Below, one piece after another: positions 8,356-17,995 of a stretch of DNA of 64,000 nucleotides; positions within the stretch are counted from its first letter, which is position 1, and each line of letters begins with the position of its first letter. Source of the stretch: Planctomycetota bacterium (GTDB taxonomy: Bacteria; Planctomycetota; MHYJ01; WSZJ01); contig JBBTCT010000011.1 in NCBI GenBank assembly GCA_038060895.1, forward strand, positions 57,919 to 121,918, written 5' to 3'. Position numbers and translations under genes: made by a program. Under the pieces are notes generated by a model. That model was not told where the DNA came from and ran no database searches. It was given only the letters and a program-made list of their open reading frames with translations.

Positions 8356-10413
8356 CTACTCTTCCGGCTTCTCCCCCACCTTCGACGCCTTGTAATGCTC
8401 GATGATCGTATTCGCCGTCATCGCCGGCACGACGTCGTAGTGGCTGAACTCCACGGCATACTCCCCTTCGCCTCCCGTGATCGATCTCAACTCCGAGGCG
8501 TAGCTCTTGATTTCCGACATCGGGATCTGCGCCTTGATGATCGCGTGATGCCCCTCCGTCTCGCTCCCGTGAATCCTGCCGCGGCGGCTGGAGAGGTCGC
8601 CCATGATGGCGCCCATGTTGTGGGCCGGGACCGTGATCTCGACGTTCGCGACCGGCTCCAGCAGCACCGGGTGCGCCTGGTGCATGCAAAGCTTGAACGC
8701 CTCGCGCCCTGCCGTCTGGAACGCGATGTCCTTCGAATCAACCGGGTGCTCCTTGCCGTCGTAAACCTCCACCTTCACGTCAACCACCGGATACCCCGCA
8801 ATCACGCCCCGCTCCATCACGCTCTTCACGCCCTTCTCGATCGACGGCATGTACTGGCGTCCGATGGACATGCCCACGACCGCGTTCTCGAACTCGAATC
8901 CCTTCCCGCGCTCCAGCGGCAGGATGCGCATCCAGACTTCCGCGAACTGGCCGGAGCCGCCTGTCTGCTTCTTGTGGCGGTACTGCGCGTCCCCCTTCCC
9001 CGTGATCGTCTCGAGATAGGGGATCCGCGGCGGCTTCGTCGTGACTTCGACCCCGAATTTCGACTTGAGCTTGTGGAACGTGACATCCAGGTGAAGCTGC
9101 GTCATTCCCGTGCACACCAGCTCGTGCGTCTGCCGGTCGCGGACCCAATGGAACGTGGGGTCGCTTTCCGCCAGCTTCGGGATCGCAATCCCGATCTTCG
9201 TGTCGTCGTTCCGGTTCTTCGGCTCAATGGCCAGCGTCGTCATCGGCTTCGGGAACTCGATCGGCGCGTAGGCGATCTGCTTGTCCGCCAGGCACATCGT
9301 GTCGCTGATCTTCAGGTCTTCGACCTTCGTCACCGCCCCCAGGTCCCCCGCGATCAGCTTGTCCACCGCCTGGTGGTCCTTCCCCATCAGGCGGAAGATC
9401 TTCCCGATCCGCTCTTCCTTGTTGCTGCGCGCCACATGGAAGTGAGAGTCGGCGGCCAGCGTCCCGCTGTACACGCGGAAGTACGCCAGTTTGCCGACGA
9501 ACGGGTCGCTGATGACCTTGTAGACCTGCGCAGAAAAGGGCGCGTCCGCCCTGGGCGGGAAGGCGACCTTGTCCTCCTTGCCGGGCCAGGTTCCCTTGTG
9601 CTCACTGCCCTCCGCCGGCGCCGGGAAAAACTTCGCGATGAAGTCGAGGGCCGCGTCCACGCCGAGGTCCTTCTTAGCCCCCATGCAGAGGATCGGCACC
9701 ACCTTGCCGTGAATGAGCGCGTTCTTCAGCGCCGCATCCATTTCTTCCTTCGAGATGGCCCCGCCCTCGAGGTACCGCTCCATCAGCTTGTCGTCCGTCT
9801 CCACGGCAGCCTCGACGAGTTTGTCGAGAAACACCGCCGCCTGCTTCCTGACGTTCGCATCCGGGTGCGCTTCCGCTTCCATCACGTTCGCCACGCCTTT
9901 GCAGGAAGGGCCGGTCCCGACCGGCATGACCGCGACGCGCGCGACGTCGCCGAAGGTCTCCTTGATGGAGCCGAGAAGCGCGTCGAAGTCCACGTTGTCG
10001 TGGTCGATCTTGGTCACGAAGATCGCGCGCGCCATGCCCATTTTGGCCGCGTTGGACCACATCTTGCGGGTGTTCACCATGAGGCCCGTGACCGCGTTGA
10101 CGCAGATCACCGCCGTCTCAACGGCACTCATCGCGCCGGCCGCCTCACCGGAAAAGTCGGGATACCCGGGGGCGTCGATGAGGTTCAGCTCCTTCCCCTT
10201 CCACGGGAGATGCGCGACTCCCGCCTCGATCGAGATCTTTCGCGACTTCTCTTCCGGGTCAAAGTCCGTCACTGTCGTTCCGTCCGTGACCTCGCCCATG
10301 CGGTTGGTCATCTTCCCCTTGAAGAGCATCGCCTCGGCGAGCGTCGTCTTGCCGCTGTCGCCGTGGCCGACGAGGACGAAATTCCGGATATCCGGGGTGT
10401 CGTATTTCGCCAT
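8356..10413 (-). CDS. fusA: Elongation factor G paralog (EF-G2-like)
   Basis: GHGDSGKT, RKISI, DAPGY, TKID; HKKQTGGSGQFAEV, DGKEHPVDS, LLEP; not in an str operon. Confidence 0.9.
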   Translation of the reverse strand: MAKYDTPDIRNFVLVGHGDSGKTTLAEAMLFKGKMTNRMGEVTDGTTVTDFDPEEKSRKISIEAGVAHLPWKGKELNLIDAPGYPDFSGEAAGAMSAVETAVICVNAVTGLMVNTRKMWSNAAKMGMARAIFVTKIDHDNVDFDALLGSIKETFGDVARVAVMPVGTGPSCKGVANVMEAEAHPDANVRKQAAVFLDKLVEAAVETDDKLMERYLEGGAISKEEMDAALKNALIHGKVVPILCMGAKKDLGVDAALDFIAKFFPAPAEGSEHKGTWPGKEDKVAFPPRADAPFSAQVYKVISDPFVGKLAYFRVYSGTLAADSHFHVARSNKEERIGKIFRLMGKDHQAVDKLIAGDLGAVTKVEDLKISDTMCLADKQIAYAPIEFPKPMTTLAIEPKNRNDDTKIGIAIPKLAESDPTFHWVRDRQTHELVCTGMTQLHLDVTFHKLKSKFGVEVTTKPPRIPYLETITGKGDAQYRHKKQTGGSGQFAEVWMRILPLERGKGFEFENAVVGMSIGRQYMPSIEKGVKSVMERGVIAGYPVVDVKVEVYDGKEHPVDSKDIAFQTAGREAFKLCMHQAHPVLLEPVANVEITVPAHNMGAIMGDLSSRRGRIHGSETEGHHAIIKAQIPMSEIKSYASELRSITGGEGEYAVEFSHYDVVPAMTANTIIEHYKASKVGEKPEE

Positions 10414-10602
10414 GAAATCCTCCCTTGGGACTTGAAGGTCCGCCCTGGCAGCATGGGAATTGTAGCGAAGGAGGGGGTGGAGTCCATCAACGGGAAAACG
10501 GCGGGGGATGGGGGATGGCGGGCCTTGGGCATGGCCATCGCTGCCCCAGCCCAATCCCAGGCCCCCCGTTCCCTGATCCTTCGTCCCCCATCCCCTGCCG
10601 TT

Positions 10603-12423
10603 TTACGCCGTGGCGGACGCCTGTTCCCTCTCCTCAAACTGCAGCTCATGCAGCTTGGCGTACATTCCCTTCGCCGCGACCAGCTCACCGTGCTTGCCCT
10701 GCTCGATGATCTTCCCGTGGTGGAGGACGACGATCCGGTCGGCGCGCTGGATCGTGGAAAGGCGGTGCGCGATGACGATGCTCGTGCGCCCCGCCAGCAG
10801 GGTCCGCATCGCGTCCTGGATGAGGAGCTCGGTCTCGGTGTCGATGTTGGACGTTGCTTCGTCGAGAATGATGATCCGCGGGTCGGCGGCCCAGGCGCGC
10901 GCGAAGGCGATCAGCTGGCGCTGGCCGGCGCTGAAGGTCGAGCCTCGCTCGGAAACACGCGCGTCGTAAGCGCCCGGAAGGCTGCGGATGAACGTGTCGG
11001 CGTGGACCGCACGCGCGGCCGCCTCGATGCGCTCGCGGCTCATCGTGCGGTCCCCCATCGCGATGTTCTCGGCGACCGTCCCCGTGAAGAGAAATACGTC
11101 CTGCAGCACGATCGCGATCCGCCTGCGCAAGTCGCGCTGCGCGACGTGGCGGACGTCGTGGCCATCGACGAGGACTTTGCCGAGGCGGACGTCCCAGAAT
11201 CGGCACAGGAGATTCACGATCGACGTCTTTCCGGAACCCGTCGGGCCGACCAGCGCGACCATCTCCCCGGGCTTCACACGCAGCGTGATGTCGTGCAGCA
11301 CGTCGTTCCCGACGTCGTAGGCGAACGTCACGTTTTCGAACGCAATCTCGCCCTTCACGTCCGGAAGAGCGGCCGGCTGCGCCGGATCCAGCACTTCCGG
11401 CTTCTCGTCGAGCACGCCGAAGATCTTCTCGGCCGCGGCCATGGCGCTCTGGAGAACGTTGTATTTTTCCGCGAGTTCGCGAAGCGGGTGGAACGACAAT
11501 TCCACGTAGCTGATGAACGCGATCAGCGTCCCGAGCGGGATCGCGTCCTGCATGACTCTTCCCCCGCCGTACCACACGATGAGGGCGACAGCGGAAGCGC
11601 GCATGACGTCGACGAACGGGAAGAAGATGGCGCTGTAGAAGGTGGCGCGGAGCTGGGTGCGGTAGAGGTCGCGGCCGTACTCGTCGAAGCGGCGGGCGTT
11701 TTCCTTTTCGCGGCGGTAGAGCTGGACGACTTTCATGCCGGCGAGGTTTTCGCTGAGGTAGGCGGCGAGGCGCGCGATCTTGGCGCGGGTGATGCGGTGG
11801 ATGTGGCTGGCGTAATGGCGGAAGATCCGGCTGGCGATGAGCATGAAGGGCGTGACGGTGAGGGTCACGAGCGTGAGGCGCCAGTCGAGGGCGAACATGA
11901 TGCCGAACGCGGCCAGGAGGGTGACGATATCGCCGGCGAGGGCGACGACGCCGGACGTGAGCATTTCGTTGAGCGCGGAGACGTCGGAGGTGACGCGCGT
12001 CATGAGCCGTCCGACGGGATTCCGCGAGAAGTACGACGAGCTCAGCGTCTGGAGGTGGCGGAACACATCCATGCGCAGGTCGTGCATTACCCTCTGCCCG
12101 ATCGTCTGCGTCGCCAGGGTTTCCGAGTAGTGCGTCAGGATCTTCACCATCATGACCGCGAAGAAGGCCGCGGCCAGCCAGTGGATCCCGGCGAGCCGCG
12201 CGCCCAGCTCGAGTTCGGGGTGGTTCATGTACTTGTCCACCGCGAGCTTCGTCAGGAATGGGGCGGCGATGGCCGAGACGCGGAAGAGGAACAGGAGAGA
12301 GGTCGCCGTAAAGAGAAGTCGCTTGTAGCGGAGTACGTACCCGAAAAACCGCCGCGCCAGGCGGGGGTCGAAACCCCGCTTGACGTCCTCTTCCATGAAC
12401 GCGGTGTGCGTCAGTCCCTTCAT
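10603..12423 (-). CDS. ABC exporter permease/ATPase, MdlB-like subunit
   Basis: TM domain plus GPTGSGKT, FSAGQRQ, ILDEATS, IAHRLST; ATGA overlap with the upstream partner. Confidence 0.9.
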   Translation of the reverse strand: MKGLTHTAFMEEDVKRGFDPRLARRFFGYVLRYKRLLFTATSLLFLFRVSAIAAPFLTKLAVDKYMNHPELELGARLAGIHWLAAAFFAVMMVKILTHYSETLATQTIGQRVMHDLRMDVFRHLQTLSSSYFSRNPVGRLMTRVTSDVSALNEMLTSGVVALAGDIVTLLAAFGIMFALDWRLTLVTLTVTPFMLIASRIFRHYASHIHRITRAKIARLAAYLSENLAGMKVVQLYRREKENARRFDEYGRDLYRTQLRATFYSAIFFPFVDVMRASAVALIVWYGGGRVMQDAIPLGTLIAFISYVELSFHPLRELAEKYNVLQSAMAAAEKIFGVLDEKPEVLDPAQPAALPDVKGEIAFENVTFAYDVGNDVLHDITLRVKPGEMVALVGPTGSGKTSIVNLLCRFWDVRLGKVLVDGHDVRHVAQRDLRRRIAIVLQDVFLFTGTVAENIAMGDRTMSRERIEAAARAVHADTFIRSLPGAYDARVSERGSTFSAGQRQLIAFARAWAADPRIIILDEATSNIDTETELLIQDAMRTLLAGRTSIVIAHRLSTIQRADRIVVLHHGKIIEQGKHGELVAAKGMYAKLHELQFEEREQASATA

Positions 12424-14147
12424 CGCAACGCCTCCTGCAGCTGCTGCTTGCGCCACAGCTCGGCGTAGATTCCCCCGCGGCGCAGAAGTTCCTCGTGGGT
12501 CCCGGTCGCCGCGACGCGCCCCTTGTCGAGCACGACGATCAGGTTTGCGTCCATGACGCTCGACAGCCGGTGGGAGATCACGAACACGGTCTTCCCCTTT
12601 CCGGCCACGCGCAGGTTCGCGACGACGCGCTCTTCCGTCTCGGCATCGACCGAGGAGAACGCGTCGTCGAGCACCAGGATCGGCGCGTCGGCCGCGAACG
12701 CCCTCGCGAGGCAGGCGCGCTGCTTCTGGCCGCCCGAGAGCGTCACGCCGCGCTCGCCCACGATCTGCTCGTACTTCAGGGGGAAGCGCTGGACGGCCTC
12801 GTCGAGGCACGCGGCCCGGGAGGCCGCTTCCACGGCGGCGGCATCGGGCGACTCGAAGGCGAAGCCGACGTTTTCTGCGAGGGTGTCGGAGAAGAGAAAC
12901 CCGTCCTGCGGGACAAAGGCGATGAGGCGGCGGAGGGCAGCGGCGGAAATGTCGCGGACGTCGCGGCCCCCGATGAACACGGCGCCGCGCGGCGGCTCGT
13001 AGAGGCGCGGGAGGAGCTGGACAAGGGTTGTCTTGCCGCTTCCGGTCCTGCCGACTACGGCGACCTTGGAGCCGGCGGGGACGGAGAAGGAAACGTGCTC
13101 GAGCGCATCGGGGCGTCCCTCGCCGAAACTGAACGTGAGGTCGCGGAATTCGATCGCGCCCGGCGCCGCATCGCCCGCCGGCGCATCCTCGGGGTCCGGG
13201 CGCAGCAGGATCTGGTTGAGGCGTTCCATGGAAGCGATGCCGCGCTGGTAAAGGGAGAGGGTCCAGCCGAGGCCGACCATGGGGCCCGTGAGCCATCCCA
13301 GGTACCAGGTGTAACGGACGAAATCGCCGACGGTGAGGTCGCCGCGGACGACGCCGGAGCCGCCGATCCAGAGGACGAGGAGCGTCCCGGTTTCGAGGAC
13401 GATGGTGAAGACGGGGAAGAACACGGCCTGGATTCGTGCGAGGCGGAGGCTGAGCGAGACCTGGACGTCGGAGAGTTCCTCGAAGCGCTCGACCTCGACG
13501 GCCTCCGTCGCGTACGCCTTGACGACGCGGATGCCGTTGAGATTCTCGATCACGCGGGCGGTGAGATCGCCGTACTGCTCCTGGACGGCGCGCGAGCGGC
13601 GGTGGGTCTCCATGAAGATGCGCCAGCAGATGACCGCGAGAAACGGGAGGGGCAGCGTGGTGTAGAGCGTGAGACGCGGGTTCAGCCAGATGAGGATCGG
13701 GAACGTCGTGACCACGATCGTCAGGGTGTCAAACAGGGTCAGCAACCCCATCCCGAAGAACATCCGCACCTGGTCGATGTCGCTGGTCGCGCGGGACATG
13801 AGGTCCCCGATGGTCGTGCGGTCGAAAAACGCGGGCGGCAGCTTGACGGACTTCGCGAAGAATTCGTTCCGAAGATCAAGTTCGACCCGGCGGGAGAAAT
13901 CCCACGCGATGCGGCGCCACGTGAAGCGCATGCAGGCTCGGCAGATTTCGACGCCGACCACGGCGAGCGCGAAGATCGCGATCGTGCGCCCTTCGGATCC
14001 TCCCTTGCGCAGGTAATCGACCGCATCACCGAGGACCCACGGCGGCACGAGCCCGATGAGATCGACGATGACAATGGAAACGACCACTCCGAAAACCCAG
14101 CCTTTGTAACGGGCGAGGCGGGCGGCAAAAAGGGAGAGGCCTTTCAT
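12420..14147 (-). CDS. ABC exporter permease/ATPase, MdlA-like subunit (degenerate Walker B)
   Basis: GRTGSGKT, LSGGQKQR, VLDDAFS (E to D), ISHRLS. Confidence 0.9.
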   Translation of the reverse strand: MKGLSLFAARLARYKGWVFGVVVSIVIVDLIGLVPPWVLGDAVDYLRKGGSEGRTIAIFALAVVGVEICRACMRFTWRRIAWDFSRRVELDLRNEFFAKSVKLPPAFFDRTTIGDLMSRATSDIDQVRMFFGMGLLTLFDTLTIVVTTFPILIWLNPRLTLYTTLPLPFLAVICWRIFMETHRRSRAVQEQYGDLTARVIENLNGIRVVKAYATEAVEVERFEELSDVQVSLSLRLARIQAVFFPVFTIVLETGTLLVLWIGGSGVVRGDLTVGDFVRYTWYLGWLTGPMVGLGWTLSLYQRGIASMERLNQILLRPDPEDAPAGDAAPGAIEFRDLTFSFGEGRPDALEHVSFSVPAGSKVAVVGRTGSGKTTLVQLLPRLYEPPRGAVFIGGRDVRDISAAALRRLIAFVPQDGFLFSDTLAENVGFAFESPDAAAVEAASRAACLDEAVQRFPLKYEQIVGERGVTLSGGQKQRACLARAFAADAPILVLDDAFSSVDAETEERVVANLRVAGKGKTVFVISHRLSSVMDANLIVVLDKGRVAATGTHEELLRRGGIYAELWRKQQLQEALR

Positions 14148-14202
14148 GGGACGGGGATTATACGGTTCCCGGCAAGTGACGGGCGGCCGGGACGCCCGCG
14201 CT

Positions 14203-14628
14203 TCATGCGCCCTCGACGCTCACCTCGTCCCCGATGAGGACCGTTCCCGCCTCGACGACCCTCGCCAGCACGCCGCGCTTCCCGATCGTCGCCTCGCGGA
14301 GTCCCGGGCGGATCGAGTCCATGAATCCGCAGGGCTCGCAGGGGCCGGTGATCTCCAGAACGGCCGTGCCCAGGCGGACGCGCGATCCCCCGGGCAGGTC
14401 CTGTATTGCAATGCCGCGTGTCGTGACATTCTCCTTCGCGCGCCCCGGCTCGATCCCGAACGAGTCGAGCGTCTCTGCGTCGATCAGCAGCACCTGCCGT
14501 TTCTTCCCCGGCCGCGCATGCAGGCAGCCCTCGAAGCCGTGGTTGGCGACCGCCCGCGCTCGCGGCACGCCGGTCATCGGCGCCGCCGCGCGCTCCTGGA
14601 TCCAGAGATTCACCACCGCGCCCCTCAT
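14203..14628 (-). CDS. MOSC domain protein
   Basis: RQVLLID, ENVTTRG, LEITGPCEPC, RGVLARVVEAGTV..GD. Confidence 0.85.
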   Translation of the reverse strand: MRGAVVNLWIQERAAAPMTGVPRARAVANHGFEGCLHARPGKKRQVLLIDAETLDSFGIEPGRAKENVTTRGIAIQDLPGGSRVRLGTAVLEITGPCEPCGFMDSIRPGLREATIGKRGVLARVVEAGTVLIGDEVSVEGA

Positions 14629-15749
14629 TTCGGCCCGACCTCCTCGTCTCTGTCGATCGCTTCCTTGTGCTCCTGCACCCATTTTTTCACGCCCTCCACC
14701 CTCGCGGCGAATTCGACCGGGCAGGACTTCCCGAGAAGATGCCGAAGCGTCAACGCCGCTTCCATTTCGCCGCCCTCCATTTTCTCGAGGAGCCAGGGGA
14801 CGTCTCCTGCGCGCCCGATGCGCCAGAGCCCGGCGCAGACGCCCGCGGTGTAGCCCTCGGTGTCGCGGAGTTTCCTGAGAAGCGGGAGGACGCGTTCGTC
14901 CCTCTGGCGCGAGAGGGCGATGACGACGGCGGGACGGTTCAACTCCGCGCAATGCGCCTGCTCGGCGATCAGGAGATCCACGACTTCCTTCGACTTGATC
15001 CACGAGAGGGCGCGGTAGACCTCGAAGCGGCGGAAAGCGACGGGGGAAGCGAGGTAGCGTTCGGCGGCTTTCACGTCCGCGGGTTCACCAAGCCGGAGGA
15101 TTCCCTGCGTGCCGAAGAAGAAGGCCTGGGGGGAGGTTCGCGTCACCCACTCCTCGTACAGGGGCCGGAAGACGGCGGACTGGGCGTGCGCGGCGGCCAT
15201 GAGGTAGACGGTCCTGCGATCCTCAGGTGCGTCCGACTTGCACATCTCGACGAGGATCGCGTGCCCGGCCGGGTTTCCGGCAAGCGACATCAGCGCGTGC
15301 ATGTTGCCTTCACGCGCCTGGGCCTCGAGGCGCTTCGCGAGGACCTCGCTGGAAGCGCGCAGCCCCGCGGCGAGGGCAGCGCAGGCCTCCGGGGCCAGTT
15401 CGGTCCGGCCCTCCAGCCACGCCGCGGCCTGCTCCTGGAACTCGCGCCCTTCGACTTCCCTCTCGATGAGGAAGGTCAGGTAGAACATCCACGGGTCTCG
15501 CACTGCGGCGCCGGCACGGCCCTCCAGCGCGACGCGCCACGGCTCGAACACCGGGGCCTCCTGCGCGAACATCAGGTCCTCCAGCGTTTTCTTCACGAGT
15601 TGCGGCACGCCGGATTTCAACGACCTGGCGGCCTGGTCGCGTCCTCCGGGAATGTCTTCGGGAAGCGAACTTGCGACGTCGGCTTCCTCACCCATGGCCA
15701 GGGAGGACGCGAGAAGAAGGGTCGCGGCGGCTCGAATAATGTGGCTCAT
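14625..15749 (-). CDS. Secreted HEAT-like helical protein
   Basis: Signal peptide; helical repeats; terminal LRHLLG...KKW cap. Confidence 0.7.
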   Translation of the reverse strand: MSHIIRAAATLLLASSLAMGEEADVASSLPEDIPGGRDQAARSLKSGVPQLVKKTLEDLMFAQEAPVFEPWRVALEGRAGAAVRDPWMFYLTFLIEREVEGREFQEQAAAWLEGRTELAPEACAALAAGLRASSEVLAKRLEAQAREGNMHALMSLAGNPAGHAILVEMCKSDAPEDRRTVYLMAAAHAQSAVFRPLYEEWVTRTSPQAFFFGTQGILRLGEPADVKAAERYLASPVAFRRFEVYRALSWIKSKEVVDLLIAEQAHCAELNRPAVVIALSRQRDERVLPLLRKLRDTEGYTAGVCAGLWRIGRAGDVPWLLEKMEGGEMEAALTLRHLLGKSCPVEFAARVEGVKKWVQEHKEAIDRDEEVGPK

Positions 15750-15776
15750 ACGCCGAAAGTATAGCGCGGGTTTCGG

Positions 15777-17426
15777 CTACTTCTTCTTCGTGGACGACCA
15801 CTTCAGAAGCGCGTGGTCGTGGCCTTCCGACGATCCCAGGAAGCTCATCTGCCCGGTGACAAGTTCGGGGACGCCGTCGCCGTCCAGGTCGCCGGCGGCG
15901 AGCGTGATGAAGCGGGTCGGCGAGGGGATGTCGTGGCGGGTGAACTTCATTTTTCCGTCGTTCTCGTACCAGATCAGGCCGGTCTCCCCCGAGTCCGCCC
16001 ACATGCCGAAGAGAATGCCGGCGGCGACGTCCATGTCCCCGTCGCCGTCGAGATCGGTGGCGACGGCGCGGAAAGGACCGTAGCAGCGGCCGATGTCGTG
16101 GTAAGCGAACTCGAGCTTTCCCTGGTTTTCCAGCCACTGCACGCCGTGGTACGGCCAGGGCATCGCGCAGGGGTCGCTGAGCGCGTCGCCGTTTGTGAAG
16201 AGCACGTCGAGATCGCCATCGAGATCAAGGTCGGTGAGCTGGAGGCCCGAGGAGCCAAACAGCGGATTGCGCGCTTCGAAGATGGTCTTCGCTTCGAACT
16301 TTCCGCCCTTGTTCATGTAAAGCATGACCGATTCCGATTCCTGGGCGACGAGGGCGACGAAATCGGGGCGGCCGTCGCCATCGAAATCGGCCACCGGCAC
16401 ATGGATGGCGCCGGAGCGGTCCGCGATGATCACGTGCTCCCATTTCGCGCCGTCGTTTCGCAGCCACCCGATGGATCCGCGCCTGCCCCCTCCGAACGCG
16501 CCGACGATCAGGTCACGGTCACCGTCCCCGTCCACGTCCGCCGGCTGCACGTCGGTCACGCGCGGCAGTCCCTTTGCCAGCTCCCGTTTCTCCCAGCCTT
16601 TCTCCCGGTTGTTCACGAGGAGCAGAACATAGCCGACAAGGCCCTCGTTTTCCTGCATGCTGCCGAGCCCCGCCACGGCGATGTCGGTGTCGCCGTCGGC
16701 GTCGGCGTCGAAGACCGCAGTCTGCACCGGAGCTTCGCAGGACGCGATGGCCTCCTCCGTCCAACCGGAGGTCCCAAGCCGGAGGATCGAGACCGACTTG
16801 AGAAGTTCGTCGCAGACAAGCACCTCCGGCCGGCCGTCGCCGTCCACGTTGGCCACGTTCACGTTCGTCACGCGCGAAATCTCGCGCTTCAGGCCCCCGA
16901 ACGCCTCATTCCGGAACTCGAGCTTCCCCGCATCGGTGGCGGCGGGCAACCGCGCAAGATCCACGGGCGCGCTGCTGACGTAGTACGCCTGGATCTCGTG
17001 CAGAAGCGCATCGTCGGGCCGTTTTCCGGAAGTCAGGAAAATCTTCCTCATTTCGAGAAGGACCCTGGGCCACTCACCCCTGACGATCACGTCCGGAGCG
17101 GGGGCCACATGGCACCTGCTGCACGTTGCCTCCAATCCCGGGGGACCCTTTTCCAGGAACGCAGTCAGATCGTCGCCGAAGCGCCACCCGCGCGCGCCGG
17201 GAGGATGGTCCGGTGCGGGGTCCGGCGGTGCGGCAACCGGTTCTTCGGGAGGCCTGGCCGGCGGTTCTGCGGGCGGGACCTCCGCAAGCGCAGGAGCCGG
17301 CACCGGGCCCGGCGCCGTCGGTCCCGCCGGGCGCCTTTCACACGCGACAAATGCAGCCAGAGCCAGGATCGCCGATGCGGCGAACGTACGGGAACGGCCT
17401 ACGGCGGCTCGGCGAGAATCGCGCAT
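15777..17426 (-). CDS. FG-GAP/VCBS beta-propeller lipoprotein with N-terminal c-type heme motif
   Basis: FVAC lipobox-like motif, Pro-rich linker, CSRCH, about seven D.DGDGD.D repeats. Confidence 0.85.
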   Translation of the reverse strand: MRDSRRAAVGRSRTFAASAILALAAFVACERRPAGPTAPGPVPAPALAEVPPAEPPARPPEEPVAAPPDPAPDHPPGARGWRFGDDLTAFLEKGPPGLEATCSRCHVAPAPDVIVRGEWPRVLLEMRKIFLTSGKRPDDALLHEIQAYYVSSAPVDLARLPAATDAGKLEFRNEAFGGLKREISRVTNVNVANVDGDGRPEVLVCDELLKSVSILRLGTSGWTEEAIASCEAPVQTAVFDADADGDTDIAVAGLGSMQENEGLVGYVLLLVNNREKGWEKRELAKGLPRVTDVQPADVDGDGDRDLIVGAFGGGRRGSIGWLRNDGAKWEHVIIADRSGAIHVPVADFDGDGRPDFVALVAQESESVMLYMNKGGKFEAKTIFEARNPLFGSSGLQLTDLDLDGDLDVLFTNGDALSDPCAMPWPYHGVQWLENQGKLEFAYHDIGRCYGPFRAVATDLDGDGDMDVAAGILFGMWADSGETGLIWYENDGKMKFTRHDIPSPTRFITLAAGDLDGDGVPELVTGQMSFLGSSEGHDHALLKWSSTKKK

Positions 17427-17995
17427 GCAATGAAAGTATAGCGCGGGGTTGAGGAATTCGGGACCGCGGAGACGTCTTCTTCCCAGGAGTGATAGCCGAA
17501 GGGCACTCCCGGCAGCTCAAGCGGGTCGGCGGCCTCGAAGTTCTTCTCGCACCACTCGCCGTGCACCACGCCCTCCTCGGCGTCCACGAGCGGGAGTCCC
17601 ATGAAGCGGCACGTGCTCGGGCGGTCCAGGTAGATGCGGCACTTCCCCCCCGGGTCAAGAAGCGGGCATGGGACAGGCCCGAGGCGTTCCGTCAAGGCGT
17701 CGATTGCGGTTTCGGGCATTCCATCCAGCTCGTAAGGCGGCTTCAGCCCCAGAACTTCCACCTGCTTGCGCGCCAGTTCGCGCACGACGGCCCGCTCGCT
17801 CGCCGGCAACCCGCGATACGCCGCACGGACCAGCTCCACGTCGTGCGGGCCGATGTCGAACGCGCCGTGGCAGCAGTCGGAACACCCCGAACCGCACTTC
17901 ATGTGCCGCCCGTGCCGCGCCTGCACCGAGCGAAACCAGGCGTCCACTTCCGAAAGAAGTTTCCGGTACGCGTCGAGCGCGCGGTGCGGGGTCAT
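17399..17995 (-). CDS. YkgJ/CxxCxxCC cysteine-cluster protein
   Basis: CGSGCSDCC, CPLLD..GKCRIY..RPSTCR. Confidence 0.85.
   Translation of the reverse strand: MTPHRALDAYRKLLSEVDAWFRSVQARHGRHMKCGSGCSDCCHGAFDIGPHDVELVRAAYRGLPASERAVVRELARKQVEVLGLKPPYELDGMPETAIDALTERLGPVPCPLLDPGGKCRIYLDRPSTCRFMGLPLVDAEEGVVHGEWCEKNFEAADPLELPGVPFGYHSWEEDVSAVPNSSTPRYTFIACAILAEPP

Noticed and set aside
8338-12468. 1376-aa plus-strand ORF
   Set aside because: Antisense shadow of the EF-G and ABC transporter genes; R/L/V/H-rich composition typical of high-GC reverse frames
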